This document shows, one piece after another, positions 1 through 8,167 of a stretch of DNA of 11,562 nt. This DNA is from Candidatus Thorarchaeota archaeon (GTDB lineage Archaea; Asgardarchaeota; Thorarchaeia; Thorarchaeales; Thorarchaeaceae): the NCBI GenBank assembly GCA_963726195.1, contig CAVSBO010000006.1:1-11562 (forward strand). Reading direction: 5' to 3'. The translations under genes and the position numbers were made by a program. The notes below the pieces were generated by a model. The model saw only the letters and a program-made list of their open reading frames with translations. It ran no database searches and had not been told where the DNA came from. The stretch's first letter is position 1. Every line of letters starts with the position of its first letter.

Positions 1-590
1 ATGGCGATGGCCTTGGCACCGCGGGATTTCGCAGCTTCTACGTCGCGTGGCGTGTCGCCGATGATCATCACAGAGTCGTTGCCGCGTAATTGGTACTTCA
101 TGACACATGTGTCGACGGCTTCCCTGACCAAGTCACGTCTATCGAAGTACCCATCGCTATAGAATGTCTCAGCGAAGTATGCTCTAATACCCGTGAGACC
201 TAGTTTCTCCTCGGCGACGACGGAAAGATTCCCGGTGACAACGCCAAGCTTATGCTTCGACGAGGCGCTCAGTATCTTCAGTAGCTCTCTGACCCCGTCA
301 TTTAGAATCGGGTGCTTTTCCATTGCCTTGTAGATTTCTCCAACTCGTTCAATCACTCTTCGAAGATGTCTGCCTACGGCACTCTCGCTGAGACCTACGT
401 CGATGAGTAGGAGTCTGCAGATTTGTGGGTCCACCATGCCGTCATACCTCCAAGGCTGAGTCGGCGGGGATTTACCCACCTCATCAACAATCGCACGCCT
501 GAAACGTTCTAGTTCGTCCGCATCAGTGCTTCGCTTCAGCACGAGCGTGCCGTCTATGTCAAAGAGAATTACGCGCATTGCACTCACCAT
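1..590 (-). CDS. HAD-superfamily hydrolase (phosphatase-like); 3' end runs off the window
   Basis: Not in the ORF track. Hand translation from ATG 590 (or 578) gives MVSAMRVILFDIDGTLV (motif I, DxDGT), KLGVVTGN (motif II) and VMIIGDTPRDVEAAK (motif IV, GDxxxD). The frame is open to the window edge. Confidence 0.93.
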   Translation of the reverse strand, partial: MVSAMRVILFDIDGTLVLKRSTDADELERFRRAIVDEVGKSPPTQPWRYDGMVDPQICRLLLIDVGLSESAVGRHLRRVIERVGEIYKAMEKHPILNDGVRELLKILSASSKHKLGVVTGNLSVVAEEKLGLTGIRAYFAETFYSDGYFDRRDLVREAVDTCVMKYQLRGNDSVMIIGDTPRDVEAAKSRGAKAIA

Positions 591-660
591 TCATTGAAGC
601 ACCTCTGCAACGAGATGAGATAAGGGGGAGTCTCCCGGTGATCACTTTCGCATGTCTCCG

Positions 661-700
661 CATATTAAATACCAATCGGGCTACCGAGACTAACTGGAGG
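661..700 (+). promoter_or_regulatory. Putative TATA box and SD for the VOC gene
   Basis: TTAAATA at 665-671 and GGAGG at 696-700, upstream of ATG 712. Confidence 0.5.
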
Positions 701-711
701 CGAAGTGGAGA

Positions 712-1065
712 ATGATCGAGCAAATTCAGACCGTCGCGGTTATGGTGTCAGATGAGAAAAAGGCCAAGGAATGGTACAGAGACAAACTCGAATTTGAGGT
801 ACAGAGCGATGAGGAACACTGGATTGTAGTTGCTCCGCGAGCATCATCATCCGGCTTACACCTATGTCCAGACGAAGCGCTCGAACCCGGGAACACTGGA
901 ATCCTGATGCTTGCCGGAGACATCGAAAACACATGCAAGGAACTCAAGAGGAAAGGTGTACAGTTCACCCGCGAGCTCGGAAAAGCCGAGTGGGACGAGA
1001 AGATAACCTATGCCATGTTCAAGGACCTGGACGGTAACGTGTTCTGGTTAATGCCGAAGAAGTAG
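712..1065 (+). CDS. VOC family (glyoxalase/bleomycin-resistance-like) protein
   Basis: 117 aa. N-terminal VAVMVSDEKKAKEWYRDKLEF and C-terminal AMFKDLDGNVFWL match VOC patterns; DIENTCKELKRKGV lies in the middle. Confidence 0.92.
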   Translation: MIEQIQTVAVMVSDEKKAKEWYRDKLEFEVQSDEEHWIVVAPRASSSGLHLCPDEALEPGNTGILMLAGDIENTCKELKRKGVQFTRELGKAEWDEKITYAMFKDLDGNVFWLMPKK

Positions 1066-1103
1066 CAAGGGCAATGACAGAAGTGATGGATGTCCAAATC
1101 AAC

Positions 1104-1542
1104 CTAACTAATCATTCTGTAGCATCTTTGCGCTATCATATCTAAGATATCATTGTGCCTTTTCTCGTCTTCCCCTAGGTGCAGGAGCAGCGTTCGCACT
1201 GCCTCGTCATCTGTCTTGCTCATCTCTTTCTGTATGTGAGCTGCCATGGATTTGCTCAATGTCTTGTGATTCTCTATCTCTCTTTTTACTATGATTGGAT
1301 CAGCGAATCCACTGAACGCCTGCTGCCAGAGGGGCTTAGAAGATTGATCGCCTTTCAGTGCCTCAACAACTGCCTCTAGGACTGCTGCGTGCTTCTGCGA
1401 GTCGACATCTCATCTCCACCAGTAGAAGCTTTGCCGCTCCCGTGCCTACCTTTTGTTCGGTCTCGCTAAGCCTTGTTGCGCTTTCCCTCTCGATCTGAAC
1501 CTGTTCTCGTACTAGGTCGATCAATTCTTTACGTGATTCCAC
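1104..1542 (-). pseudogene. Ferritin/rubrerythrin-like four-helix-bundle protein with one extra base near 1407 (real frameshift or sequencing error)
   Basis: GTG 1542 gives MESRKELIDLVREQVQIERESATRL...LLLVEMR. After removing one base it continues VDSQKHAAVLEAVVEAL...EIENHKTLSKSM...LLLHLGEDEKRHNDILDMI to TAG 1104-1106. The span is 439 nt, i.e. 146 codons + 1. Paired D-x-x-x-H / ExxH helices are present. Confidence 0.75.
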
Positions 1543-1687
1543 TCGTGTTCACTGTGAGTGCAGGCTCCACCCACCTATCTAAAGAATAGTCCTAGTCTGA
1601 TGCCAAACCCGTTCCATTCGCATCATACGTAAGGACATATCTTGATCTCCGAACCCTTACGCACGTAAAGTGCTCTGTTCTCTGGAA

Positions 1688-1706
1688 GCCCGATGACGCA
1701 TCGGGC
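1688..1706. terminator. Stem-loop just downstream of the DUF4013-like gene; possible terminator or stability element
   Basis: GCCCGATG-ACG-CATCGGGC is a perfect 8-bp stem about 20 nt past the stop at 1726. Confidence 0.35.
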
Positions 1707-1725
1707 ATTATGTCCGTTTGCTGGT

Positions 1726-2406
1726 TCACTCACTATAGAGTAGCCCTAATGATCTGAAGCAGAACACCGTCACAGCTGGTCCGATGATCGCTGCTAGGAG
1801 CCATCCCACAACGGGTATGGCACCAGCTATTGCGCCGACGATGGCGGCGAGTACTACGATCAGGATCAGCCAAGCGATGTATTTGCCCCATCCAATCTTT
1901 CCAATCAAGTTTAGGATTTCGCTAAACGCGAAAGCCTTTCCGAACTTCCCGGTTTTGATCATGTGAGCGATTCCGGCGGCGAGGAGAATCAGCATTACGA
2001 ACGCGACGAGCAGCCCAATCAGGGCAAGCGCAATGCCCGTGCCGCTCAGCAGACCCATATATGCTGGCTTGAATTCGCCCGGCACGAAATTGGGACCACC
2101 TTCTGTAACCATGGCGGCGAAGAACGACCCTACGCCCGCTGCAATCAGAATCAATGGGATGAGCATGTAGATGATTGAGACGACCGCGATCTTCAGACCG
2201 TCGATGAACATGTCCCCGTAGTTCTCCAATTTCGGAGGCGAGTCAGCTCCAGGAGACTCCTTCAGCACTCTGGAGGCATAACCCGTTACGATCAAATTCA
2301 CAATGGGTATGAGGTCTAGCACGATGAGTATTACAAGCCTGCCGAAATCACTGAACAGCTTCTTGGCGAACGCGAAGCTGTTGGTCAGGTTATCAGACAA
2401 ATCCAA
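1726..2406 (-). CDS. DUF4013-like multi-pass membrane protein
   Basis: Motifs LIPIVNLIVTGYASRVLKE, PKLENYGDMFIDGLK and GKFGKAFAFSEI are typical of this family. The start is probably TTG 2406 or 2409, after SD GAGGTG, rather than 2430. A TATA-like TTATATA lies at about 2443-2449 on the minus strand. Confidence 0.85.
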   Translation of the reverse strand: MDLSDNLTNSFAFAKKLFSDFGRLVILIVLDLIPIVNLIVTGYASRVLKESPGADSPPKLENYGDMFIDGLKIAVVSIIYMLIPLILIAAGVGSFFAAMVTEGGPNFVPGEFKPAYMGLLSGTGIALALIGLLVAFVMLILLAAGIAHMIKTGKFGKAFAFSEILNLIGKIGWGKYIAWLILIVVLAAIVGAIAGAIPVVGWLLAAIIGPAVTVFCFRSLGLLYSE

Positions 2407-2537
2407 CAAGAGACACCTCGAGTTTGCCAAGCTAGCCTTGAATATATAAGTAGTGGATTACTCCCAGACCTAACTGGTGTAGGCAGCGCTATTCTGATCG
2501 ATACTTCCATGTTTAGCTGCCGGCTCTTTGAGAGTAG

Positions 2538-2858
2538 ATGTCGGAGAGAAAGCACGCCGTGAAAAGCAGGGGAACATATTCAAGGAAGGTGTCTTCGGAA
2601 GAGGCGCGGGAAGGTTATCTTCTGGTTCTGAAGAGCAAGCTCCAGCTCTTTCCTCATCTTGGAAAGGAATTCGACCTTGTTCAGGATGACTTTGCCAGAA
2701 AGGCAAAGGTGGAATCCTATCGGTGTACATGTAGAGGCCCCGAGCTACCTCACGAGCACTACTTCATCCGTTGGAAAGGATTGAGATCCAAGGATAGGGT
2801 GGAGATACGAGAAGACCCAGAAAGACAGGGCAGATATCTTGTCCAAGTTAGGCACTGA
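2538..2858 (+). CDS. Hypothetical protein with a CxC-x6-HxH putative metal site
   Basis: 106-aa ORF filling the gap between two minus-strand genes; contains YRCTCRGPELPHEHYF. Confidence 0.75.
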   Translation: MSERKHAVKSRGTYSRKVSSEEAREGYLLVLKSKLQLFPHLGKEFDLVQDDFARKAKVESYRCTCRGPELPHEHYFIRWKGLRSKDRVEIREDPERQGRYLVQVRH

Positions 2859-2920
2859 CTGACGAAATTTGGGCATTGGATAACTTGTCGACAACAATCC
2901 CAAACGGAGTGCTCAGCGGA

Positions 2921-4106
2921 TCACTCAGGTGCCTTAGCATGCTCTAAGTTCCGAAATAGCGTATAGAATAGCGTGATCGAGGCGACGTAGAGTACAGTGC
3001 AGAGGTAAAATGGGAGACTCAAGTTACCGCCACTCAAGGCCGCGGCTCCCACAACTGTGGTTGCAGCATTTGGTATTCGCCAGACCACAGCGTTGAGCGC
3101 AGACGCAGTGGCTCGTTCGTCCTGAGCGACCAAATTCATCAGCAGTGAATCAGCAAGCGGACTGGACATGTTCATGAGCATCGAGCGGATGACATAGAGC
3201 ACAGCTGCGATCGGCGCTGTTGGGCTGAACGGTGTAGCTAGCAAGAACAATGTTGAGATGAGTTGCGTCGCTGCAATGCCGACGACTAGGCCGGTCTTCT
3301 TTGCTATAGTCGGCGACGCGATCGCCGCGATTCCCATGAGTATGCTTGAGACTGCCACCACGGGACCTGAGAATGCATCGGTCACATTGAATCGAAGATA
3401 AAACCAAGTAGGTATGAGAGGGATTATGAGCCCCGCACCGAGGGCTATCATCAGATTTGCGGTCGAGAACTTCGCCAAGATTCTCAGTGACTTGCGAGGC
3501 AGTATCCCACGACGAGACCGCACAGGTTTGATGTCAACCGCCCAGCGCGATACAGCATAGGGAGTCAACAACCCTAAGAAGCCTAACGCGACAAAAGTGA
3601 TCCGATGAGCTTCCAAGAAACCCAAAGGGCAGTAGTGGAAAAATAGCTGGAAGAAAACTGCCCAAGCCTGCTCCCATCGTGAAGACCACGAATGACAGAC
3701 TGAACGTTGCGGGTCTGGTGGAGACCGACGTAGCGTCCGCAAGGTAAGCATTCCATGTCGAAATATACATGGCCTCCGCTGCGCCGCCTACCAGAGCGGA
3801 CATCTCAAGAATGAAGAAGTCTGATGTCAATCCAGGAATCATCGTTACAGGCATGGAGAGAAGTGCTCCAACGAACATCAGTAACTTGCGTCCGTAACGG
3901 TCCGACAGAATCGAAAACGGAATACTGCAGACCACTGCTGCAAGCCCAAACGTGGTCAGTATGGCTCCGACGTTGGTGATGGAGACTCCTTCCAGAGGAA
4001 GGAATACAGCGATCGCTACCTCGTAGAATCCGAGCCCTGCTGCAAGAGGACCAGCCCCTAACACGACCTTGCTGACCTGGGGGGGAACCTCTCCAAAGGA
4101 TCGCAT
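2921..4106 (-). pseudogene. MFS transporter split by one extra base at about 3618-3629 (real frameshift or sequencing error)
   Basis: ORF 3534..4226 carries the N-half from ATG 4106 (MRSFGEVP..., motif A SILSDRYGRK). ORF 2921..3751 carries the C-half (GFLEAHRITFVAL..., VAQDERATAS). The span is 1186 nt, i.e. 395 codons + 1, a normal 12-TM MFS length. Confidence 0.88.
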
Positions 4107-4189
4107 CGTTGGCTCGCACGGCAGGATGAATGAGGAACGATTAAGTCTGTCGCTGTTTAGCATGAGGGACGATCCGAAAGAGGATTCGC

Positions 4190-4951
4190 ATGACAGGCCA
4201 AAGCGAGAAACTCGCCATTGAAACACTGGATCTCAAGAAGTCCTACAAGATGGGACTCGTGACGGTATATGCGCTGCGTGGAGTGAACCTGAGAATGCGG
4301 CATGGCGAGATTGTTTCTGTGGTTGGCCCGTCTGGCAGCGGGAAGTCAACTCTGCTGAATATGTTGGGTGCTCTCGATACACCGACAAGTGGCAAGATAC
4401 TCATTGATGGCGTTGACATAAGCCGAATGGGAGAGAGAGCACTCGCCAGATTTCGCAACAGAAAGATCGGTTTCATCTTCCAGTCCTACAACCTCATCGA
4501 TAGATCAAAGGTGGCCAAGAACGTAGAGTTGCCCGCTATAGTTGCAGATATGCCGAAGAAGCTGAGGAATCAGCGAGTGCATGAACTCTTAGACCTCGTG
4601 GGTTTGGGTGACAAATCGAATCGTAGACCGAATGCGCTCAGCGGCGGAGAACAACAGCGAGTCGCAATAGCCCGGGCACTCATCAATGATCCCGCATTCA
4701 TTCTCGCAGACGAGCCGACCGGCAATCTCGACTCTAAGACTGGAGAGGAGATACAGAATCTCCTGCTTCGCGTGAACGAAGAGAGAAAAGCAACCATACT
4801 AATCGTTACACACAACTTGGAACTAGCCGAGAAAACGGGAAGGATCCTCCATTTGAGGGACGGCGTCGTGGAGAAAGAGAGAGCAGGACTCATTCCGCAT
4901 AGTAAGCCCAGTGATTCTGACTTGAACGTCGGCGCAAACGGGAGGACGTGA
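4190..4951 (+). CDS. ABC transporter ATP-binding protein, LolD/MacB/FtsE-like
   Basis: Walker A GPSGSGKS, Q-loop GFIFQSYNL, signature LSGGEQQRV, Walker B ILADEPTGNLD and H-loop VTHN. Confidence 0.97.
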   Translation: MTGQSEKLAIETLDLKKSYKMGLVTVYALRGVNLRMRHGEIVSVVGPSGSGKSTLLNMLGALDTPTSGKILIDGVDISRMGERALARFRNRKIGFIFQSYNLIDRSKVAKNVELPAIVADMPKKLRNQRVHELLDLVGLGDKSNRRPNALSGGEQQRVAIARALINDPAFILADEPTGNLDSKTGEEIQNLLLRVNEERKATILIVTHNLELAEKTGRILHLRDGVVEKERAGLIPHSKPSDSDLNVGANGRT

Positions 4952-6195
4952 GGACAGTGGTCGTACTTGATCTGATTGGGCTCTCGTTTGGGGCCTTGAA
5001 AGAGCGAAGACTGAGATCAGGCCTCACAGTATTGATGGTAGTCATAGGTGTGGCACTCATGACCTCGATCAATGGACTGGGCGGAGGCATGAACAACTAC
5101 ATTACTGACGAGCTGAGTACGCTGGCCGCCAACGTCCTAATAATCACGCCTTCTGCGCAGATGTTCGGGCCAGAAGCACAGTCAGGCATGCAGACAAAAC
5201 TGACGGCTCAGACCGTTCACACGATTGAAAGAGTCCCAGGGATGAAGGATGTTGTCCCATTCTTCCAGGGCAGTGCAACCCTGAAGTCTGGCGGCGAGAT
5301 GAAAACTGTCATGATCATAGGAATCGACCACAACAAGGTGCTGTACATTGCTCCCAAAGTCAAACTCGAGTCCGGATCATATGTGTCAATTGGTGACTCC
5401 AGCGGAATGGTATTGGGATACAGCATTGCTCACCCATCAGGCCAAGACCACCCATTCGCGAAGACAGGTCAGACGGTGTTTGTTGAGTTTTCAAAGGTCG
5501 AGACCAAAGGAGGAGTTGAGAAAATCGTGACGAAAACCAAAGCGTTCCAAGTTAGGGGGGTACTCACTGAGCAGGGAACTTCACAGGTCGATAGTGTGGT
5601 CTTCATTACGCTCGCATCGGCGAATAGTCTATTCGAAAAAAGCGGGGCATATGACGGCATCTACGGAGTCACGCACAGTGCAGACGAAAATGACAAGGCT
5701 GAAAATGGCATCAGGAAGATCTACGGGAAGAATATCGGCGTAACATCACCCAAAGCGATCGCAAGCACCGTACAGGAACTGATGGGCACTTTCATCGGAT
5801 TCCTGTCCGCCATTGCCGCGGTCTCTATGTTTGTCGGTGCTGTCGGCATCATCACCACGCTGTACACTTCAGTCATGGAGAGGACCCGCGAGATAGGGCT
5901 ATTGAAGGCGATAGGCTATGCAAGAGAAACAGTCCTCCTCATGTTTCTCACGGAATCCTTCGCAATCGGACTTCTAGGCGGACTGCTGGGATTGGTTTTC
6001 GGCGTTGCCGGAGCATACGTGTTGATCGGGATCTTGCCTTTTGGAGCGGGAACAGTGCGCGTGACTCCCTCGTTTCTGGCGACCGACCTTCTTCAGGTAT
6101 TCCTTCTCGCCTGCGCCCTAAGCGTCGCAGCAGGTATCTATCCTGCCTGGAGAGCATCTACTCTGAGTCCGATAACAGCCCTAAAGAAGGAGTAG
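4948..6195 (+). CDS. ABC transporter permease, MacB/FtsX-like (4 TM with a large extracytoplasmic domain)
   Basis: N-terminal RSGLTVLMVVIGVA, SVMERTREIGLLKAIG and C-terminal GIYPAWRASTLSPITALKKE. GTGA overlap with the ATPase stop. Confidence 0.96.
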   Translation: MRTVVVLDLIGLSFGALKERRLRSGLTVLMVVIGVALMTSINGLGGGMNNYITDELSTLAANVLIITPSAQMFGPEAQSGMQTKLTAQTVHTIERVPGMKDVVPFFQGSATLKSGGEMKTVMIIGIDHNKVLYIAPKVKLESGSYVSIGDSSGMVLGYSIAHPSGQDHPFAKTGQTVFVEFSKVETKGGVEKIVTKTKAFQVRGVLTEQGTSQVDSVVFITLASANSLFEKSGAYDGIYGVTHSADENDKAENGIRKIYGKNIGVTSPKAIASTVQELMGTFIGFLSAIAAVSMFVGAVGIITTLYTSVMERTREIGLLKAIGYARETVLLMFLTESFAIGLLGGLLGLVFGVAGAYVLIGILPFGAGTVRVTPSFLATDLLQVFLLACALSVAAGIYPAWRASTLSPITALKKE

Positions 6196-6303
6196 AGAGC
6201 GGAATCGATTTCGCGATTCAGAGAGCATCACATAGCCCATTGGACACGGGAGGCTCTTCTTCCAATGAACTTCTCAGTCCATCGAGCCTCGCGGCTACTA
6301 CGC

Positions 6304-6396
6304 TCACATGACCGACTCATGCGTTTGAGATCCATTTCTTCTTAGCAGGTCAAGGTATTGGCTAGCTGTAAGTGGTCGTCTCTTTCTCTTTTTCAA
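6304..6396 (-). CDS. Basic microprotein, copy 1 (30 aa, MKKRKRRPLTASQYLDLLRRNGSQTHESVM)
   Basis: TTG start after an AGGAG SD. Paralogous to 11210..11314 with synonymous codon differences. Confidence 0.6.
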   Translation of the reverse strand: MKKRKRRPLTASQYLDLLRRNGSQTHESVM

Positions 6397-6526
6397 ATAC
6401 CTATGCTCCTGAATCTGCCACTATTCTTGTAGCTTGGACCAGATGGTTCCTGTTTCCTTCACGTTGAACTCTCTACAGGCCTTGCGAAAATCCAGGAAGA
6501 AAACCGTGCCTGCATACGATTGTGCT

Positions 6527-6889
6527 TCATTCTACCTTAGGCTTGTCTCTCGTACTCGCATTCTCGCCCTCGTGCGACTCAAGAGGGAGCTTCCTGAGAG
6601 ACCACCCCAGCCACAGGACACCACAAACCGCTATTATGACCGCCAACATTGCGAGGCCGTTTACTAAACCGAGGTGGGGATTCATGTTTCCAAACTGGGC
6701 GGCTCCCGCGAAGTTTCCAAACTGATCAGCCCCGGTGAAGTTACCTGGAGTCATGGGAGGTTGAGACCGAGGCCTTTGCGCGAACAGAAATGAACCAATA
6801 GTTGTGTAAGTGGTCGCGATGGCGGAGAGAACCACGCCCCCCAAAGTTGCCAAGTACGCATATCTTATCTGCTGTTCAATCTTAGTCAA
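6527..6889 (-). CDS. Hypothetical two-TM membrane protein with a GNFxGAxQF tandem repeat in the loop
   Basis: Two hydrophobic segments (YLATLGGVVLSAIATTYTTIGSFLF and LAMLAVIIAVCGVLWLGW). The start is probably TTG 6889 or 6892 after AGGTG; the track's 6955 start lies inside the promoter array. Confidence 0.78.
   Translation of the reverse strand: MTKIEQQIRYAYLATLGGVVLSAIATTYTTIGSFLFAQRPRSQPPMTPGNFTGADQFGNFAGAAQFGNMNPHLGLVNGLAMLAVIIAVCGVLWLGWSLRKLPLESHEGENASTRDKPKVE
6683..6745 (-). repeat. 27-bp in-frame tandem repeat (2.3 copies)
   Basis: GGTAACTTCACCGGGGCTGATCAGTTT / GGAAACTTCGCGGGAGCCGCCCAGTTT / GGAAACATG, encoding GNFTGADQF GNFAGAAQF GNM. Confidence 0.85.
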
Positions 6890-6924
6890 CAATCTGCACC
6901 TTGCAGCCACACTGGTCTTCAAGA

Positions 6925-6979
6925 GATTAAGGCGTGTTTCAAAATTCAACCGCAATTATGTCCAAATCAAATCAAGACT
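6925..6979 (-). promoter_or_regulatory. Phased 11-bp repeat array A plus weak TATA
   Basis: Minus strand reads AGTCTTGATTT GATTTGGACAT AATTGCGGTTG AATTTTGAAAC then ACGCCTTAATC, about 35 nt upstream of start 6889. Confidence 0.75.
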
Positions 6980-7171
6980 TCAAGTGAGAGTGCTCCGGGA
7001 ACAGATGAATACCGACGTTTCGCTGTGCGCTAGTTGCGAAACCTCGCCTTTCAGTGTCACTTGCAGCTCAGTTGTCCGGTAGAACATACTTCGATACGTT
7101 CCATTAAGAGGTAGTCTCTCGCACAAGAAAGGAGGCAATGACATAATTTTCCAGCTATCACTTCTTGTTTG

Positions 7172-7438
7172 TCAGACGAATTTGTCGAATTGGAGTATTC
7201 TCTTTAATGGGTTTCTCTGTCGCAGCATAGAAAGCTCGAATAGTGGTAGCAGCATGGCCGAAACACAGATGACCTGGATCCATTACCCCTGCTGTTGCGC
7301 AAGCTGTGCTGTAAAGTACATTGCCATCCCAAGATAAAGCAAGAGCTCCAATGTGTCCGGAAGCAGATGACTGAACGACCTCGCGTTGGTTGCCAACCAG
7401 TTCATTAATCCGCTAATAATGGATCTCACGCTTGGCAT
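7172..7438 (-). CDS. Small membrane protein: 51 aa to TAA 7283-7285, or an 88-codon gene with an internal stop
   Basis: ATG 7438 follows GAGTGAGG and gives MPSVRSIISGLMNWLATNARSFSHLLPDTLELLLYLGMAMYFTAQLAQQQG*. The same frame continues hydrophobic (WIQVICVSAMLLPLFELSML...) to TGA 7172-7174. Confidence 0.5.
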
Positions 7439-7470
7439 TGATCCTCACTCTCTAGTCTGGAGAAGAATCG

Positions 7471-7617
7471 TCAGCGCCTTTCCTCGTGTGTCCTGCAATA
7501 ATGCCGCTTCAGCCGCGCCTTTGTGCTGTAACTTCGGTCGCATACGATGCATGTGTAGATGCCTATGATGGGTCGTTGATCCTTACTCCATTCATGGTCC
7601 CGAAACACGTGCGTCAT
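7471..7617 (-). CDS. Stand-alone C2H2 zinc-finger microprotein (48 aa)
   Basis: MTHVFRDHEWSKDQRPIIGIYTCIVCDRSYSTKARLKRHYCRTHEERR matches Y-x-C-x2-C-x3-Y-x5-L-x2-H-x4-H exactly. Confidence 0.82.
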   Translation of the reverse strand: MTHVFRDHEWSKDQRPIIGIYTCIVCDRSYSTKARLKRHYCRTHEERR

Positions 7618-7636
7618 CTCATGCACCAGATGTACG

Positions 7637-7804
7637 TCAGTAACGTGATTGCTGCCATCTGAGTCGGCGTCGCTGACTTGCCAAAGTTGCGTATGAAATC
7701 AGGAGCACGAGCCAGGCCGAAATGATCACCATAACGAGGACAAACCATACTCCATCAGACACGAAGCCACCTACGGAACAGCCATTACAGATCCATGTCA
7801 CCAA
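7637..7804 (-). CDS. Single-TM microprotein with an N-terminal CxxC (55 aa)
   Basis: TTG 7804 follows SD GAGGTG and gives MVTWICNGCSVGGFVSDGVWFVLVMVIISAWLVLLISYATLASQRRRLRWQQSRY: one TM followed by a basic cluster. It lies directly downstream of array B. Confidence 0.72.
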   Translation of the reverse strand: MVTWICNGCSVGGFVSDGVWFVLVMVIISAWLVLLISYATLASQRRRLRWQQSRY

Positions 7805-7966
7805 ATTCGACACCTCAGCAACTTGCAGTCAGACCTAGTTCTCAGAAAGATTAAGACGTGTTTCAGAATTTCACCGCAATTGTGCCCGAATCATTTCCAA
7901 GAATGACGGCGCAATTCCAGTCTGCTCGCGAGAGAAGCTGCCTCAAAGCGAGGAAGCTCAATATGG
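7775..7966. repeat. Diverged inverted duplication, partner at about 10889-11078
   Basis: Shares an identical 30-mer (7937-7966 is the reverse complement of 10889-10918), the array, the leader and the first codons (MVTWICNGC vs MVTCSGNGC). Confidence 0.88.
7849..7903 (-). promoter_or_regulatory. Phased 11-bp repeat array B plus weak TATA
   Basis: Minus strand reads TTCTTGGAAAT GATTCGGGCAC AATTGCGGTGA AATTCTGAAAC then ACGTCTTAATC. Confidence 0.78.
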
Positions 7967-8167
7967 CTGGGTCTATGAACGAGAAAATGTTCTGCCTGAC
8001 CAAACTTGAAGGGAGGCTACTCAAGAGAAATTGAATGTCGACCTGTGACCGTGCACTAGCCCTCTGAAGGACATGTCTTCAGCGTCACGTGCGGCTTTAG
8101 GCCACTGAGATTCCTGCTAACTCAAGAACGGAATTCGGTTTCCTGTGTGCATCAACACAAATCTCGT

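Noticed and set aside
1179-1379. Track ORF, 66 aa (+)
   Set aside because: Antisense shadow of the frameshifted ferritin-like gene.
2866-2876. Single motif-like unit AATTTGGGCAT
   Set aside because: It is isolated, lies between convergent genes, and has no 11-bp neighbours or TATA.
4107-4189. Phased array upstream of the intact ABC operon
   Set aside because: I looked for one and found none, only a TATA-like ATTAAG near 4140. Direct membership of this operon in the regulon is therefore unsupported.
4107-4226. N-terminal extension of ORF 3534..4226
   Set aside because: It overlaps the divergent ABC ATPase start and promoter region; MFS-like sequence begins at ATG 4106.
726-6157. Remaining short track ORFs nested in or antisense to the VOC, DUF4013-like, 2538 hypothetical, MFS and ABC genes
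   Set aside because: They are shadow frames of well-supported genes with no independent evidence.
7283-7285. Selenocysteine or pyrrolysine readthrough
   Set aside because: The stop is TAA, not TGA or TAG; a nonsense mutation or a true gene end is more likely.
6434-7568. Plus-strand track ORFs 6434..6667, 6522..6725, 6810..7082 and 7386..7568
   Set aside because: They are antisense to better-supported minus-strand genes or promoter arrays and have no recognisable motifs.
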